Of a stretch of DNA of 64,000 nt, positions 51,767-62,394 are shown in pieces; position 1 is the stretch's first letter; the number at the start of each line of letters is the position of its first letter. Source of the DNA: Sedimentisphaerales bacterium (GTDB lineage: Bacteria; Planctomycetota; Phycisphaerae; Sedimentisphaerales; SM23-30); contig CAXXFK010000015.1 in NCBI GenBank assembly GCA_963663965.2, positions 1-64,000 on the forward strand, given 5' to 3'. Below the pieces are notes generated by a model. That model did not search any database, was not told where the DNA came from, and saw only the letters and a program-made list of their open reading frames with translations. A program made the position numbers and the translations under genes.

Positions 51767-53641
51767 TTACTTAGTTTTTGCCAGATCGATTTGCCAGAGA
51801 TTAACTGAATTATACCCGACTGCCTGTGGGTATAGTTTCAGATGATAAATACCCGGGGCAGCCAGTTGAAGGGTACCGATATCAACCTGTTTAACCTTGG
51901 CCCATCCGCCGGTTGCTGGTACCTCAAAAGCCAGTTCTTGTGATTCAATGGATAGTTTCAATTTGGATGGCGCCAACGAAGCAAAACTGCCTTTAATAAG
52001 ATAGCTGCCAGGTTCATTAATTTTAACCAGCCAATGGGCGCCTTCATCGGTTCTATCCCAGAATCCAATGTTGTCTTCGGATCCATTTTTGCTTTCCAGA
52101 TTGATGGTATCACCATCCAATACCGCTTGTGCGGCCTTCAGGCTGATTGTTTGTGCCTTAGAGAATGGATCCGCTTCCAGATCAAATCCGCTTAATTTAA
52201 AGACATAGGCATACTTACATGGCAGATCACCCGATATTGACGTAGTTTGTATGGTTATTTTGCCCTGATCGTCGATTTCATAGGGCGCCTTTGCTTTGGA
52301 ACCCAGCAATTGAACTCTGGCAGCAGGGCCTGCTTGTTTGATATGAACAGCGTCCAGTGTAACGGATTTTTCCGGCCAGCCCAGACAGATGGCATAAAGA
52401 TTTTTTCCATCTTTACTACGAGTGAATCGGATGTCCTGGGCTGTGTAGGTAATTGAGGGAAGGAATCCGCCGCCTTTTTTCATAATGGTTGGGCCCTGAC
52501 CGTAGATATCCCATGGCCGGGTGGCATAAATTGCTTCACCATTGACTTTGAGCCATGCCCCCATTTCGAGTAAGATTTTCTTCTGATCATCTGAAATGGT
52601 GCCATCCGCCTTGGGGCAGACATTGAGTAACAATACCCCATTTTTACTGACAATATCGATCAAAACATGAATCACTTCGACCGGGGGCTTTACATTTAAA
52701 CCCTGCACCCAACACCAACTGTTTGAGGCCGTCGAATCATCGGTTTGCCATAAGGCAGGGCTGGAATCCTTCATTCTTCCCCGTTCGATATCAAGCACCC
52801 CTACCCCTTCGGGTAAGTGGTCGCCTTTACGGGTAATAATCACCGGCTTATTCCATTGAGCTTCTTTGTTATAATAGTAAGCGGCAAATTCCTGCTTATA
52901 TTTATCCGGAATTTTCGCCAGTCCAAAATCGAACCAGATTTGATCCGGCTGATAGGCATCGATGACTTCCTTAAGTTTAGCCAGCCAGCGGCTGTGGGCT
53001 TTATCAGAATCCAGTTTTCCATAAAAATCGGCGTATTCAGGATCCGCGGTATCCCAGCCTTCCTTTACCGGGTAATACCCCTGGATATTGAAGGCATGAT
53101 GAAAAGAAGTAATGACTTTCATATCACGTTTACGGATTTCACGAACCAATTCACCAACAATATCACGCCGGGGTCCCATTTCGCCGGCGTTCCAACGATT
53201 GACTTTACTGGCCCACATGGAAAAACCATCATGATGCTCCGCAACAGGACCTGCGAATCTGGCACCGGAACGGGCATATAACTCCGCCCATTCGGCCGGA
53301 TCGAAGCTTTCCATCTTGAACATGGGAATAAAATCTTTGTAGCCAAATTCATTCTGATCGCCAAAATGTTTTTGGTGCCAGGAATAGGTTGAATTTGGAT
53401 TTGCGGCATCTTTTTCCATATACATATTGCGTGGATACCATTCATTACCATGTGCAGGCACACAATACACTCCCAGATGGGCGTAGATACCGAACTTGGC
53501 ATCCTGAAACCATTCAGGAACAGGGTGTTTGCTAAGAGACTCCCAGGTTTGCTCATACTGTTTAAAAGGCTGTGCGGATGTAATGGCTATCTGGAAGTCC
53601 AAAAAAATAACTAACGACAAAATTCCTGCTAATTTTTTCAT
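51767..53641 (-). CDS. GH29 alpha-L-fucosidase family enzyme with C-terminal CBM-like domain
   Basis: Signal peptide; PEWFQDAKFGIYAH, EHHDGF, IWFD, DIVSKNGVLLLN, GEAIYATRPW. Confidence 0.92.
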   Translation of the reverse strand: MKKLAGILSLVIFLDFQIAITSAQPFKQYEQTWESLSKHPVPEWFQDAKFGIYAHLGVYCVPAHGNEWYPRNMYMEKDAANPNSTYSWHQKHFGDQNEFGYKDFIPMFKMESFDPAEWAELYARSGARFAGPVAEHHDGFSMWASKVNRWNAGEMGPRRDIVGELVREIRKRDMKVITSFHHAFNIQGYYPVKEGWDTADPEYADFYGKLDSDKAHSRWLAKLKEVIDAYQPDQIWFDFGLAKIPDKYKQEFAAYYYNKEAQWNKPVIITRKGDHLPEGVGVLDIERGRMKDSSPALWQTDDSTASNSWCWVQGLNVKPPVEVIHVLIDIVSKNGVLLLNVCPKADGTISDDQKKILLEMGAWLKVNGEAIYATRPWDIYGQGPTIMKKGGGFLPSITYTAQDIRFTRSKDGKNLYAICLGWPEKSVTLDAVHIKQAGPAARVQLLGSKAKAPYEIDDQGKITIQTTSISGDLPCKYAYVFKLSGFDLEADPFSKAQTISLKAAQAVLDGDTINLESKNGSEDNIGFWDRTDEGAHWLVKINEPGSYLIKGSFASLAPSKLKLSIESQELAFEVPATGGWAKVKQVDIGTLQLAAPGIYHLKLYPQAVGYNSVNLWQIDLAKTK

Positions 53642-53708
53642 AACTTATCCTTTCCTTATGACGAGAGAACTATCTCCATAAATCAATATGTTCATTTTTA
53701 TGAATAAA

Positions 53709-54734
53709 TCAAGGCGGTGTAATTTCACCATTGATATCCCATAAATCCTCCCAACTCTGATTATCTTTCCAGAGGAAGACCTGGCCTTTGATGAAACGAC
53801 AGTTTTTATCAATACCGGCGATTGCCTGCATGTCTGAATCAGTAAGCGGTTGGGCAATAACCGCTTCCAGATTTTGCCGATAGTGATTGATTGAGAAAGG
53901 AATCGGTATCTGGCCGCGTTGCACTGCCCATTTAAGGCAAACAACCGCAGGACTTACCCCAAGGCGTCTGGCAATATCAATGACAACCGGATCTTCCGTT
54001 GGCACGGTATCATCAGGTGTTCGATCCCGTTCAGGACGGCCAGGAGAACCGATAGGACAATACCCTATCGGCACTATGCTGTTTTCGATACAAAAGTCAA
54101 ACAACTCCGGCTGCTGAAAATGGGGATGTAATTCCATCTCATTACATACTGGCTTGATTTTCGCATCTCTTAATAAGAGTTCCAACTTGGGAATTGTCAT
54201 ATTCGAGGTACCGATATGTCGAACTAAACCCATCTCGACCAGGCGTTCCAACTGGCGCCAGGTCTTCATGTAATTATCGTGGATGTAAGGTTTTGCATCG
54301 GCACTCCGGGAAGTGACATCGCACTGTGGCGGATGATAATTCGGAAATGGCCAGTGTACCAGATACAAATCCAGATAATCCAGGCGGAGATCTTTCAGCG
54401 TTTGGGCACAAGATAGTAATACATCGCCGGGACCATGCATATCGTTCCATAATTTCGAGGTAATCCAGACTTCTTCCCGTATGATTGCACCGCTGGCGAA
54501 TACTTCATCCAGAGCACAACCAATTTGAGATTCGTTCCCGTAAACCGACGCACAATCTAAATGCCGGTAACCTATGGATATCGCTTTTTTTACGGTTTCA
54601 GCAACCTGATCGTGGGTGACATGATCAGAACCAAAGGTACCTAATCCTATCGCCGGTATTTTCAGGCCATTGGATAACACTTTGACGGGCACTAACGATG
54701 GATCAACCGTATCTGGAGCAATTTGAAATGTCAT
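53709..54734 (-). CDS. aldo/keto reductase
   Basis: IGLGTF, GYRHLDCASVYGNE, ITSKLWN, LDLYLVHWP, IGTSN. Confidence 0.94.
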   Translation of the reverse strand: MTFQIAPDTVDPSLVPVKVLSNGLKIPAIGLGTFGSDHVTHDQVAETVKKAISIGYRHLDCASVYGNESQIGCALDEVFASGAIIREEVWITSKLWNDMHGPGDVLLSCAQTLKDLRLDYLDLYLVHWPFPNYHPPQCDVTSRSADAKPYIHDNYMKTWRQLERLVEMGLVRHIGTSNMTIPKLELLLRDAKIKPVCNEMELHPHFQQPELFDFCIENSIVPIGYCPIGSPGRPERDRTPDDTVPTEDPVVIDIARRLGVSPAVVCLKWAVQRGQIPIPFSINHYRQNLEAVIAQPLTDSDMQAIAGIDKNCRFIKGQVFLWKDNQSWEDLWDINGEITPP

Positions 54735-54883
54735 TAGCCGGTCCTCAATTTATTTTTTATACAATATTTATGTACGATTTATTAGAATAGAGATATAATC
54801 CATATAATTACCGATCAGAAGGACATTTGAAATAGACTTTTTTTATAATCTTTGCACTTTTTTTAGATCAGGCGAACCGGGCT

Positions 54884-55768
54884 ATGTTAAAATATCTGCT
54901 TGATGAGATGCAAATCGACATACTCAATATTGAATTATATCGAGTACATCGTGAATGGAACCATAACAATGTCAGCAGCCCATACACTCGAATCTATCTC
55001 ATAACCGATGGATATGGCCTGCTAACCATTAATGGCAATCAATATACTCTGGAACCGGGGAATGCGTATATTATTCCGGCCTTTACACTGGTCGACATGG
55101 AATGCCCCGAGTCGTTTGAACATTATTATATCCATTTAACCGCACATTTACCTGATGGTTTAAATTTATTTTCACTGGTGGAATGCGATTATAAAATTCC
55201 CCTCAGCAGCGAAGGGATTCATTTGTGGCATTTTCAGCGTTTGCTCCAATTGAATCCGGGTCTGGAATTGATCGAACGTGACGCCAAAAAGCCAATTTAC
55301 AAATCCATGCTGGAACGTTGTGAACGGCTAAATGAAACACGTTCCGCACGTGAGTTGATCGAAAGCAATGGACTTATCCGTTTATTACTGGCGGCTTTTA
55401 TCAAGCCGGAAAAGCAGGCCGCCAGCCATTCTTCATTTTTGGGTTATCATCGTTTCCAGAAAGTTTTTAAATACATCCAGCAAAATCTGCATAAAGAGTT
55501 CTCGCTGACAGACCTGGCCGGTATTATGGATCTTAACCCGGCATACTTTTCCAGCCTTTTCACCCAAACCATGGGTATCTCCCCAATTGATTTTGTCAAT
55601 AAGCGGCGTATTGAGTCGGCCCAGCGGTTATTACTTGGCACCCATAAAACACTGAAAGAAATTGCGGCGCAGACTGGATTTAAAGATGTCTATTATTTTT
55701 CCCGCATGTTTAAAAAAATAGCCGGCATACCACCTGCCGGCTATCGAAAACGTTTATTTGATCTTTGA
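54884..55768 (+). CDS. AraC family regulator, divergent from the sugar operon
   Basis: IAAQTGFKDVYYFSRMFKK. Confidence 0.93.
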   Translation: MLKYLLDEMQIDILNIELYRVHREWNHNNVSSPYTRIYLITDGYGLLTINGNQYTLEPGNAYIIPAFTLVDMECPESFEHYYIHLTAHLPDGLNLFSLVECDYKIPLSSEGIHLWHFQRLLQLNPGLELIERDAKKPIYKSMLERCERLNETRSARELIESNGLIRLLLAAFIKPEKQAASHSSFLGYHRFQKVFKYIQQNLHKEFSLTDLAGIMDLNPAYFSSLFTQTMGISPIDFVNKRRIESAQRLLLGTHKTLKEIAAQTGFKDVYYFSRMFKKIAGIPPAGYRKRLFDL

Positions 55769-55776
55769 TCGGTCTT

Positions 55777-58176
55777 TTAATTTGCTTTGACACGATAGAG
55801 TGCAATGGTATAGGGTTGAGCAACAATCGTGTCCAGGGTTGATATCGAATTGATCGTTTCAATTTTAACCTGAGGTTCTTTGCCCGGTTCATTATAAGCC
55901 AATGGCTGTTTGCCATCAATAATCCAGGCTTTTTCGACCGGGCCTAATTTGACATTATCGAGCTTAAGATTCAATGTCCAGATATCCATAGAAGGATTAA
56001 CGACTGCAATAGTCATTGCCTTTTTATCCGCAGTCCAGGCAGCAGAAACATCAACAGGATCATAATTTCCCTGCACGGCAACAGGGATAACGCCAAATTC
56101 CTTGCGATACAACATTAATGGCAACGCAGTGGTATCGAATCCCGCTTCGGTCTTGGTCGTCTTGATACAACCGATGACATTGACAGTCTGGGCATAATTG
56201 GCCATATAGCAGATATCGCTATTGCGGTAATATTCATGTAAGCCCGCGGCGACTCCCAACATATCACGGGTATAATAGCGCGTCCCCAGTTCGCCATATA
56301 TATGCGGTCCATACCAATAGTTCCATTCATCCATCGCGATACGGATATCTTTGCCCTGCAAGGCTTCGATGTCACGACGATAGCGGCGATGGGCGTTGCA
56401 TTTATTCCTGATAGCATCCACCATCTGTTTGACATGGGCCGGTACATTGGATCGGTTCTGGCAATAGAAATGTTCACTGAGATAATCCATATGATCAGCA
56501 CAATTGCGCAGCATGCCTTCTGACCAGCGACCGGCATCACCCACGCCAACCGCAATAATGTCCGGATCAACCTTACGCATCATGGATTCAACCCAGTTAT
56601 GCTTGAGGACATAGTGATTCAGGGCCATATATCCCAATTGCCAGGAGCCGAACATTTCGTTACCTACACACCACCACTTGACATTGTACGGCGCCTTGTG
56701 ACCATTTTGGGTGCGCCATTTTCCCATGCGTGTCTTCGAATCTCCGTTACAATACTCCACTTCATCCGCGGCTGAGTAAGCATCGCCAAAACCGGTATTT
56801 ACCGCAATCATCGGCTCGGTATCTATCAACCGACACAACTCGATAAATTCATCGATACCCACATCGTTGGTTTCGATTCCGGTCCAGGCGGGATTACGGC
56901 GGGTAGGTCTCAAGTCCGGATCGCCTATCCCATCGCGCCAATCGTAACCACTGACAAAATTCCCACCCGGCCAGCGATAAACCGGCGCATTGAGTTGCTT
57001 TAACAACTCCAGAGTGTCTGCCCGGAATCCATTGATATTATCATCGGGCATTAATGAGACGGCCCCAATGCAGATACTGCCTTCCCCTTTACCAATGATT
57101 TCCAGACGACCATGGTCGGTTGAACTTTTTGCTTTCAGGGTGAAATGATATTTTTTATAGTCTTTGGATATTCTCTTAATCGTATAAACCGAAACGGCTA
57201 AGTCATCCTTACCGGAAACGAGACGGAGCTCAACCGATCCTTTAAAGTTGCCTGACAATACGATTCTGCCAACATATTCTTTGCCTGCTACAAGGCCCAA
57301 TTCATCCTGGGATAAACCCACTGGCTGGTCGTCAACTTCAATACAAGGGGTATGTTCCTCTCCATAACATCCCTCGACAATCATTTTGACCGAATCCAGA
57401 TTTCCAATAACCTTCCAGGGTGAGTCACGTAATACTCTTGCGCCCTGGCCGGTAACTACCCAGGTGTCATTTTTCGCCGGAATGTCGTAATGGAATTTCC
57501 GGTCTTCCAGCATCTCAGCCCAGATACCGCCATAAATACAACGTCCCAGATGTTCGATAAACTGCCCATAGATATATTTAGAAATGGGTTCATTTGTTGA
57601 ACTTCCATCGATTTCAATAAAGGCAGACATTTGTTTTGGTTCAGGAGCGGGAATCGGCCCTAATTCCTCTAATGTCACATCATCATACCATGCTTTACCG
57701 GTCGCCTGTCCCCAACCACCAAATAAACAATTAACCGTAATGGAATCCGACACTTCGGTTTCAAATTCAATCTTCAGTTGTGTCCAGTCCTGACTACCTT
57801 TGATTCCCTTAGATCGCGCATCCTCTAAACCATGGATATTGAATAAGGCGCCATAAGCATTTTCGGCCACAAGGTTTTCGGTTTTCACCCAGCCGGTCAG
57901 ACGGTATCGCATTAAAGGCTTCGCGGGAATATTCTGCGACCAGGCGGCGTCTGCCCCGGAAGTCGATTCGATCATGACACATTTAGAACCGGTCCGTCCA
58001 CTGTCGGCCAGTTGAAAACGAGCCCGCCCTCCCCAAGTGTTCGGCATCCATCCAGAAGGATTCTGGCCATCAATTTTTTCGAATGAAGCATTTACGATTA
58101 TATTATCTGCACTCCATACCATGCCAAGCGGAAGACTGAAAGCCAATAGTAGAAAACCCAGAAAAATAGTACGCAT
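55777..58176 (-). CDS. GH51 alpha-L-arabinofuranosidase with N-terminal CBM4/9-like domain
   Basis: Signal peptide; YGQFIEHLG, RWPGGNF, VGNEM, MDEWNYW, YAQTVN. Confidence 0.93.
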   Translation of the reverse strand: MRTIFLGFLLLAFSLPLGMVWSADNIIVNASFEKIDGQNPSGWMPNTWGGRARFQLADSGRTGSKCVMIESTSGADAAWSQNIPAKPLMRYRLTGWVKTENLVAENAYGALFNIHGLEDARSKGIKGSQDWTQLKIEFETEVSDSITVNCLFGGWGQATGKAWYDDVTLEELGPIPAPEPKQMSAFIEIDGSSTNEPISKYIYGQFIEHLGRCIYGGIWAEMLEDRKFHYDIPAKNDTWVVTGQGARVLRDSPWKVIGNLDSVKMIVEGCYGEEHTPCIEVDDQPVGLSQDELGLVAGKEYVGRIVLSGNFKGSVELRLVSGKDDLAVSVYTIKRISKDYKKYHFTLKAKSSTDHGRLEIIGKGEGSICIGAVSLMPDDNINGFRADTLELLKQLNAPVYRWPGGNFVSGYDWRDGIGDPDLRPTRRNPAWTGIETNDVGIDEFIELCRLIDTEPMIAVNTGFGDAYSAADEVEYCNGDSKTRMGKWRTQNGHKAPYNVKWWCVGNEMFGSWQLGYMALNHYVLKHNWVESMMRKVDPDIIAVGVGDAGRWSEGMLRNCADHMDYLSEHFYCQNRSNVPAHVKQMVDAIRNKCNAHRRYRRDIEALQGKDIRIAMDEWNYWYGPHIYGELGTRYYTRDMLGVAAGLHEYYRNSDICYMANYAQTVNVIGCIKTTKTEAGFDTTALPLMLYRKEFGVIPVAVQGNYDPVDVSAAWTADKKAMTIAVVNPSMDIWTLNLKLDNVKLGPVEKAWIIDGKQPLAYNEPGKEPQVKIETINSISTLDTIVAQPYTIALYRVKAN

Positions 58177-58382
58177 GATAAACTCCTTGTAAAAGAATCA
58201 GATCAGCATTCGAAAAATAAGCTGTAACGCTATACTTTAACTCAAAGATGCAAATAACTTGAATCTTTAAGATTTGTCATAAAGTTGTTATTTTGCGAGA
58301 TTTTTATAATAAGTCTATTTCAAATACTGAACAATACGTTTTTCCACAAATTATTCACCATTTTGCGTTTCTAAGTAATACC

Positions 58383-61300
58383 TTATTGTTTCTGCAATAT
58401 CATAACCGGTCCCAGTAACCCTGAATCTTCCAGTTTCATATCCGGCTTGAATCGGATATTGCTATTGGTCTGCCTTTTGTCATTGGGAAAACCTGAGTCG
58501 CCGATCATTCGATTCCACCAAGAATTGACTACTTGAATGACCAGATCATTCGATCCTGTTCGCAAAGCTGAAGTCACCTCAATTTGATGCGGGCTGGTCC
58601 ACAAAACTCCCAGATCCTTGCCATTCAATTTAATCCGGGCAAATCCGACATCCAGAACACGCCCCAGATCGAGCCAGTACTGCTGATTAGACGCCGGATT
58701 AAAACTAAAGCTCGTTTGATAACTTGCTTCACCCGAATAATACTTAATATTGGGATTGGAGTGATCTATCCAACTCGATAAACTGTTGAACGGAACTGGA
58801 ACAGCCGGCCCCCCTCGCCTGGCATCGAAACGAACATGCCATGGTCCGTCAATATTCTTAATCGGCTTTAAATTGGGTTTCAGATCATTTTTTGCTAATG
58901 TTGTACTGGAATTCAGATTATTACTGAATATTACAAATAGAGAACCATAAGGATTGAATGGCAAAGCAATTTCTGTTCGATTCTCTTTTCGATTTATGTC
59001 TGCCGCTTGAATCAGGCCAGTAACAGGATCCCATACTTCTACATGCTGGCTTGTCGTCCGGAACGAACAAACAGGTTCAACTTCGTTTTCCATTTGATTA
59101 CAAACAAAATATAAATCTCCATCATCAATTTCATAATGAATATAATCAATCGCGCCCTTAGTCAAATTGTCATTAACGACAAAATCTGGGGCGACCTTAA
59201 GCGACCTGAGTACATCACGCGTCTCTTCACCCCAGATCAGAGTGCCATTTCCAATCTTTTTTTGTCCCGATTGGGTATCGGACCAAAGCTCATCCGATAG
59301 TGTCATAAATTGCTTTTGCGCTGAATCGCCACCGACCAAGCTGACTAATCGCTGAGGTTTTGGGCCAAGAATCGTTGCGCCACCTCGCAAGAGGTCGTTA
59401 ATTTTTTTCAATGCAGCCATCGATAGCACTTTATGATCAGGCAGAACCAATAATCGATATTTAACGCCACCCGGTACAACTACCAGACCATTCTCAACAT
59501 GCAATTGCAACAGGATTTCTTCAGTTGTTGCATCATAATCGTATCCGGGCAATACCCCGGCAGGGTCGGCTTCTTTCAATTTCATTAAATTGGGAACATG
59601 ATCACCCATATAATACAATACATCCGCGACAAAACGACCCTGGCGTAACATGTAATGGCAGCGGTTAATATATTGAAAAAATGGATCGGAGTAATCCCAC
59701 CAGGTAACCTGGGGATTAATATGGGTTCCAGCGAAATATTCCTGACCCGGAAGTCCCATACTGGGAGGAGAACAGGTAAAAGTATGCAGAAAAATCATAT
59801 TCAACCCCGAGCAGAACTCATGATCCATGCTGGGCTTCTGTTCATGCCACAAGCAATCATTCCAATGAGGGCCAATTGTAGTAAATGCTTCCGCAGCAAC
59901 CAGTTTTTTGCCATAGATATGAGCTACCGAGGAGGCCTGTTTGCAATAGAAACGGTGTTCCGGGGTTGGTCGATGTGGGGAAGGCGCCCAGAACTCGCCC
60001 ATGACAATATCACTTCGCCCCAGATTCTTGATCGCATCCAGTGGGCCGGAGTGGGGACCTCCGGATTCAGGTTGTATTTGCAAATTATATTTGTGAGCTG
60101 TTTGTGCAAAAGTACGATAATGGTTATTCGCAATACAATCAGCGATGACCTTGCGGAAATCCGCCAGGAAGGCATTGCTGGCCGTACGATTATCGACAAT
60201 TTTTCCGGCTACAACTGGCAACCAGGGGATTATATCATATCCACAATACTTTTTGAATTCTGAAGCGAAATCATCAGTCCAATTCATGCCGCCACACTCC
60301 CAACTGTCAGTTTCGAGTTGTTTGAGTGTCGTCCCGACGTGATCGCCAGCTCTCTGAAAAATGGGCTCTATGATTTCGTTCCAATATCTTAAAAATGCAT
60401 CCTGACTCAGGTAATCCACCACCCTGCCGGTCCAGTCACCGCTACTGGTTGAAACGTGTGCGTTTGTGCAGGTATAACCCATTCTCATAACGTGCCATCG
60501 TCCTGGGGGTGCCTGCCATTGCAAACGACCATTAGCAGCCATTTTGTCGGTGATATTAATTATTTCCGTAAGCTTTACATCTTCCTCGCCTGGCACTGCT
60601 GGAATGTCATCCAGCAAAAAACGGCAATCGGGAGCGGCGAAGCTGCCTTCGCGGAAAGCAGCTTTCAAGTCCAAATCCCGGATTGGCTGTCTGGTTTTCG
60701 CACCTAATAATGGAGCCCCCTCCTTGCCAAATATGGATACTTCAGTTACCTGCACATTTCGGGAATTCTGAGGATAGCCTGGATCGAATGATTCATCGAA
60801 GATGAGTCGTATCAATCGAATACTGGTTAATGGAAATGACAAATCGATGGTTTTACCATCAGTTGCCTTGAATACTCCGGCCTCTTTTAATGAATTTGCA
60901 GATTTCCCAATCAAAATTTTTCCTGCCTTGGGCCCATATCCTGTTCGACCCTCAATTCGAATCGATTGAATTTCGATATTTGCGCCTAAATCCAATTCCA
61001 ACCATTCATTTCGACCTGCTCCCGGCCCTTCTCCAGGATTTTCACCATAACTAACCCAGAAACTATCCCGTTTACCATCCAGGACATTCTGGGCGGGATA
61101 TTCTTTTCGCTCTGAACTGGCTTTGATAGTAATATTGTTCACTTTAGCACTTTCGACATCTTTTACCGGCCAGGCAAGCACACAAATATCTCGATAAAAA
61201 TCATACCGATTTCGGGGAACTGGCAAATCAATCATGCTATTCTGACTATCCATATCCAGTTCGGACCAGGTGAGTTCTTTAGCAGCATATTCTGGCGTCA

Positions 61301-61721
61301 CGTTCGGTCCACCCAAATTCCAGCCACTTTGAATCGATAAACCCAATTGCAAATTCAGGCGTCTGGCTTCATTTAAAGCATGACAAAACAAATCAACCCA
61401 TTCTTTACTGCCATAAAGAGGACCGGCAGGAACTGGACTATGCCCCCCTTGGGTTGCCCCTCCCGCGTCAAAAACCATTGCTCCGCTGAAGCCTTTGGCT
61501 TTCATGGCTTCCAGATCTTTAGTAATTGCCGCTTTATCAACATTTCCATTTAACCACCACCACCAGCAACGTAAACCGTATTCCTGCTGAGGTGGATTTT
61601 TGAAATCCTCCTGATTAATACCGAATACAGGATGAAAAGCCATACCCGCAAAAAAAACCAGCAATACTATATTTATCTTTATCCTGTGTAAAACGCTTCC
61701 CGGATCAATTCGCAATTTCAT
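58383..61721 (-). CDS. GH106 alpha-L-rhamnosidase family enzyme with inserted F5/8 type C (discoidin) domain
   Basis: WWWWLNGN, TDSWE, AAEAFT, NRMIGD, SGLLGPV; insert ASSE..YPAQNVLDG..FW..EWLELDLG. Confidence 0.9.
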   Translation of the reverse strand: MKLRIDPGSVLHRIKINIVLLVFFAGMAFHPVFGINQEDFKNPPQQEYGLRCWWWWLNGNVDKAAITKDLEAMKAKGFSGAMVFDAGGATQGGHSPVPAGPLYGSKEWVDLFCHALNEARRLNLQLGLSIQSGWNLGGPNVTPEYAAKELTWSELDMDSQNSMIDLPVPRNRYDFYRDICVLAWPVKDVESAKVNNITIKASSERKEYPAQNVLDGKRDSFWVSYGENPGEGPGAGRNEWLELDLGANIEIQSIRIEGRTGYGPKAGKILIGKSANSLKEAGVFKATDGKTIDLSFPLTSIRLIRLIFDESFDPGYPQNSRNVQVTEVSIFGKEGAPLLGAKTRQPIRDLDLKAAFREGSFAAPDCRFLLDDIPAVPGEEDVKLTEIINITDKMAANGRLQWQAPPGRWHVMRMGYTCTNAHVSTSSGDWTGRVVDYLSQDAFLRYWNEIIEPIFQRAGDHVGTTLKQLETDSWECGGMNWTDDFASEFKKYCGYDIIPWLPVVAGKIVDNRTASNAFLADFRKVIADCIANNHYRTFAQTAHKYNLQIQPESGGPHSGPLDAIKNLGRSDIVMGEFWAPSPHRPTPEHRFYCKQASSVAHIYGKKLVAAEAFTTIGPHWNDCLWHEQKPSMDHEFCSGLNMIFLHTFTCSPPSMGLPGQEYFAGTHINPQVTWWDYSDPFFQYINRCHYMLRQGRFVADVLYYMGDHVPNLMKLKEADPAGVLPGYDYDATTEEILLQLHVENGLVVVPGGVKYRLLVLPDHKVLSMAALKKINDLLRGGATILGPKPQRLVSLVGGDSAQKQFMTLSDELWSDTQSGQKKIGNGTLIWGEETRDVLRSLKVAPDFVVNDNLTKGAIDYIHYEIDDGDLYFVCNQMENEVEPVCSFRTTSQHVEVWDPVTGLIQAADINRKENRTEIALPFNPYGSLFVIFSNNLNSSTTLAKNDLKPNLKPIKNIDGPWHVRFDARRGGPAVPVPFNSLSSWIDHSNPNIKYYSGEASYQTSFSFNPASNQQYWLDLGRVLDVGFARIKLNGKDLGVLWTSPHQIEVTSALRTGSNDLVIQVVNSWWNRMIGDSGFPNDKRQTNSNIRFKPDMKLEDSGLLGPVMILQKQ

Positions 61722-61980
61722 TTTTTACCTCGTTATTACGCCTGATTCATTTATTACTTTGCTTTATGCTCAAACCTGCATTTAGAACATATATTTCACA
61801 AATTCCGCAAAACATCAACAATTTTCTCAATAGTTGAGTTTAAAATTTTGAAATTCTATCTCTTTTGCAGATAGACACATAAAATTTGCATGATATAAGT
61901 ATTAATTATCAGATTAAACCGATATGATTAAATATCAAAAAGATAGACCGAACCATTAAATTTTGTTTAACGTAATATTC

Positions 61981-62008
61981 TTGACAGGCTGGTAAGCCCG
62001 TTTATAAT
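61981..62008 (+). promoter_or_regulatory. sigma-70 promoter
   Basis: TTGACA-16 nt-TATAAT, both hexamers consensus. Confidence 0.7.
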
Positions 62009-62064
62009 CAATAGCGGTTTATCTATGTAACTAACTGGAATTTCAACCACTTATTCAGAAAAGG

Positions 62065-62382
62065 ATGGATCCTATGTTTGAAGCGTTCGATAAACTGATT
62101 CTGGCCGGATTAGGTGCCTTATCCATGTCACGCGAGAAAGCCGAAGAGATCTTTGATGATTATGTCGAAAAAGGCAAGGCTGCCCGTGAACATCGTGAAG
62201 GTTTCGTAAAAGAAGTCATGGACATGGCAGACCGCACCCGCACTGACCTCGAAAAGACGATCAATGAACAGGTCAGCCGGGTTCTGGAACAACAGCCCAT
62301 CATTACCAAAGCCGATCTTAAGAAAGTCGAAGAGAAACTGGCGGCCATCGAAGCCAAACTGGACCAGATACTGAGTCAATAG
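62065..62382 (+). CDS. phasin-family (granule-associated) protein
   Basis: LILAGLGALSMSREKAEEIFDDYVEKG...ITKADL...IEAKL. Confidence 0.8.
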   Translation: MDPMFEAFDKLILAGLGALSMSREKAEEIFDDYVEKGKAAREHREGFVKEVMDMADRTRTDLEKTINEQVSRVLEQQPIITKADLKKVEEKLAAIEAKLDQILSQ

Positions 62383-62394
62383 GAGTAACCGACC

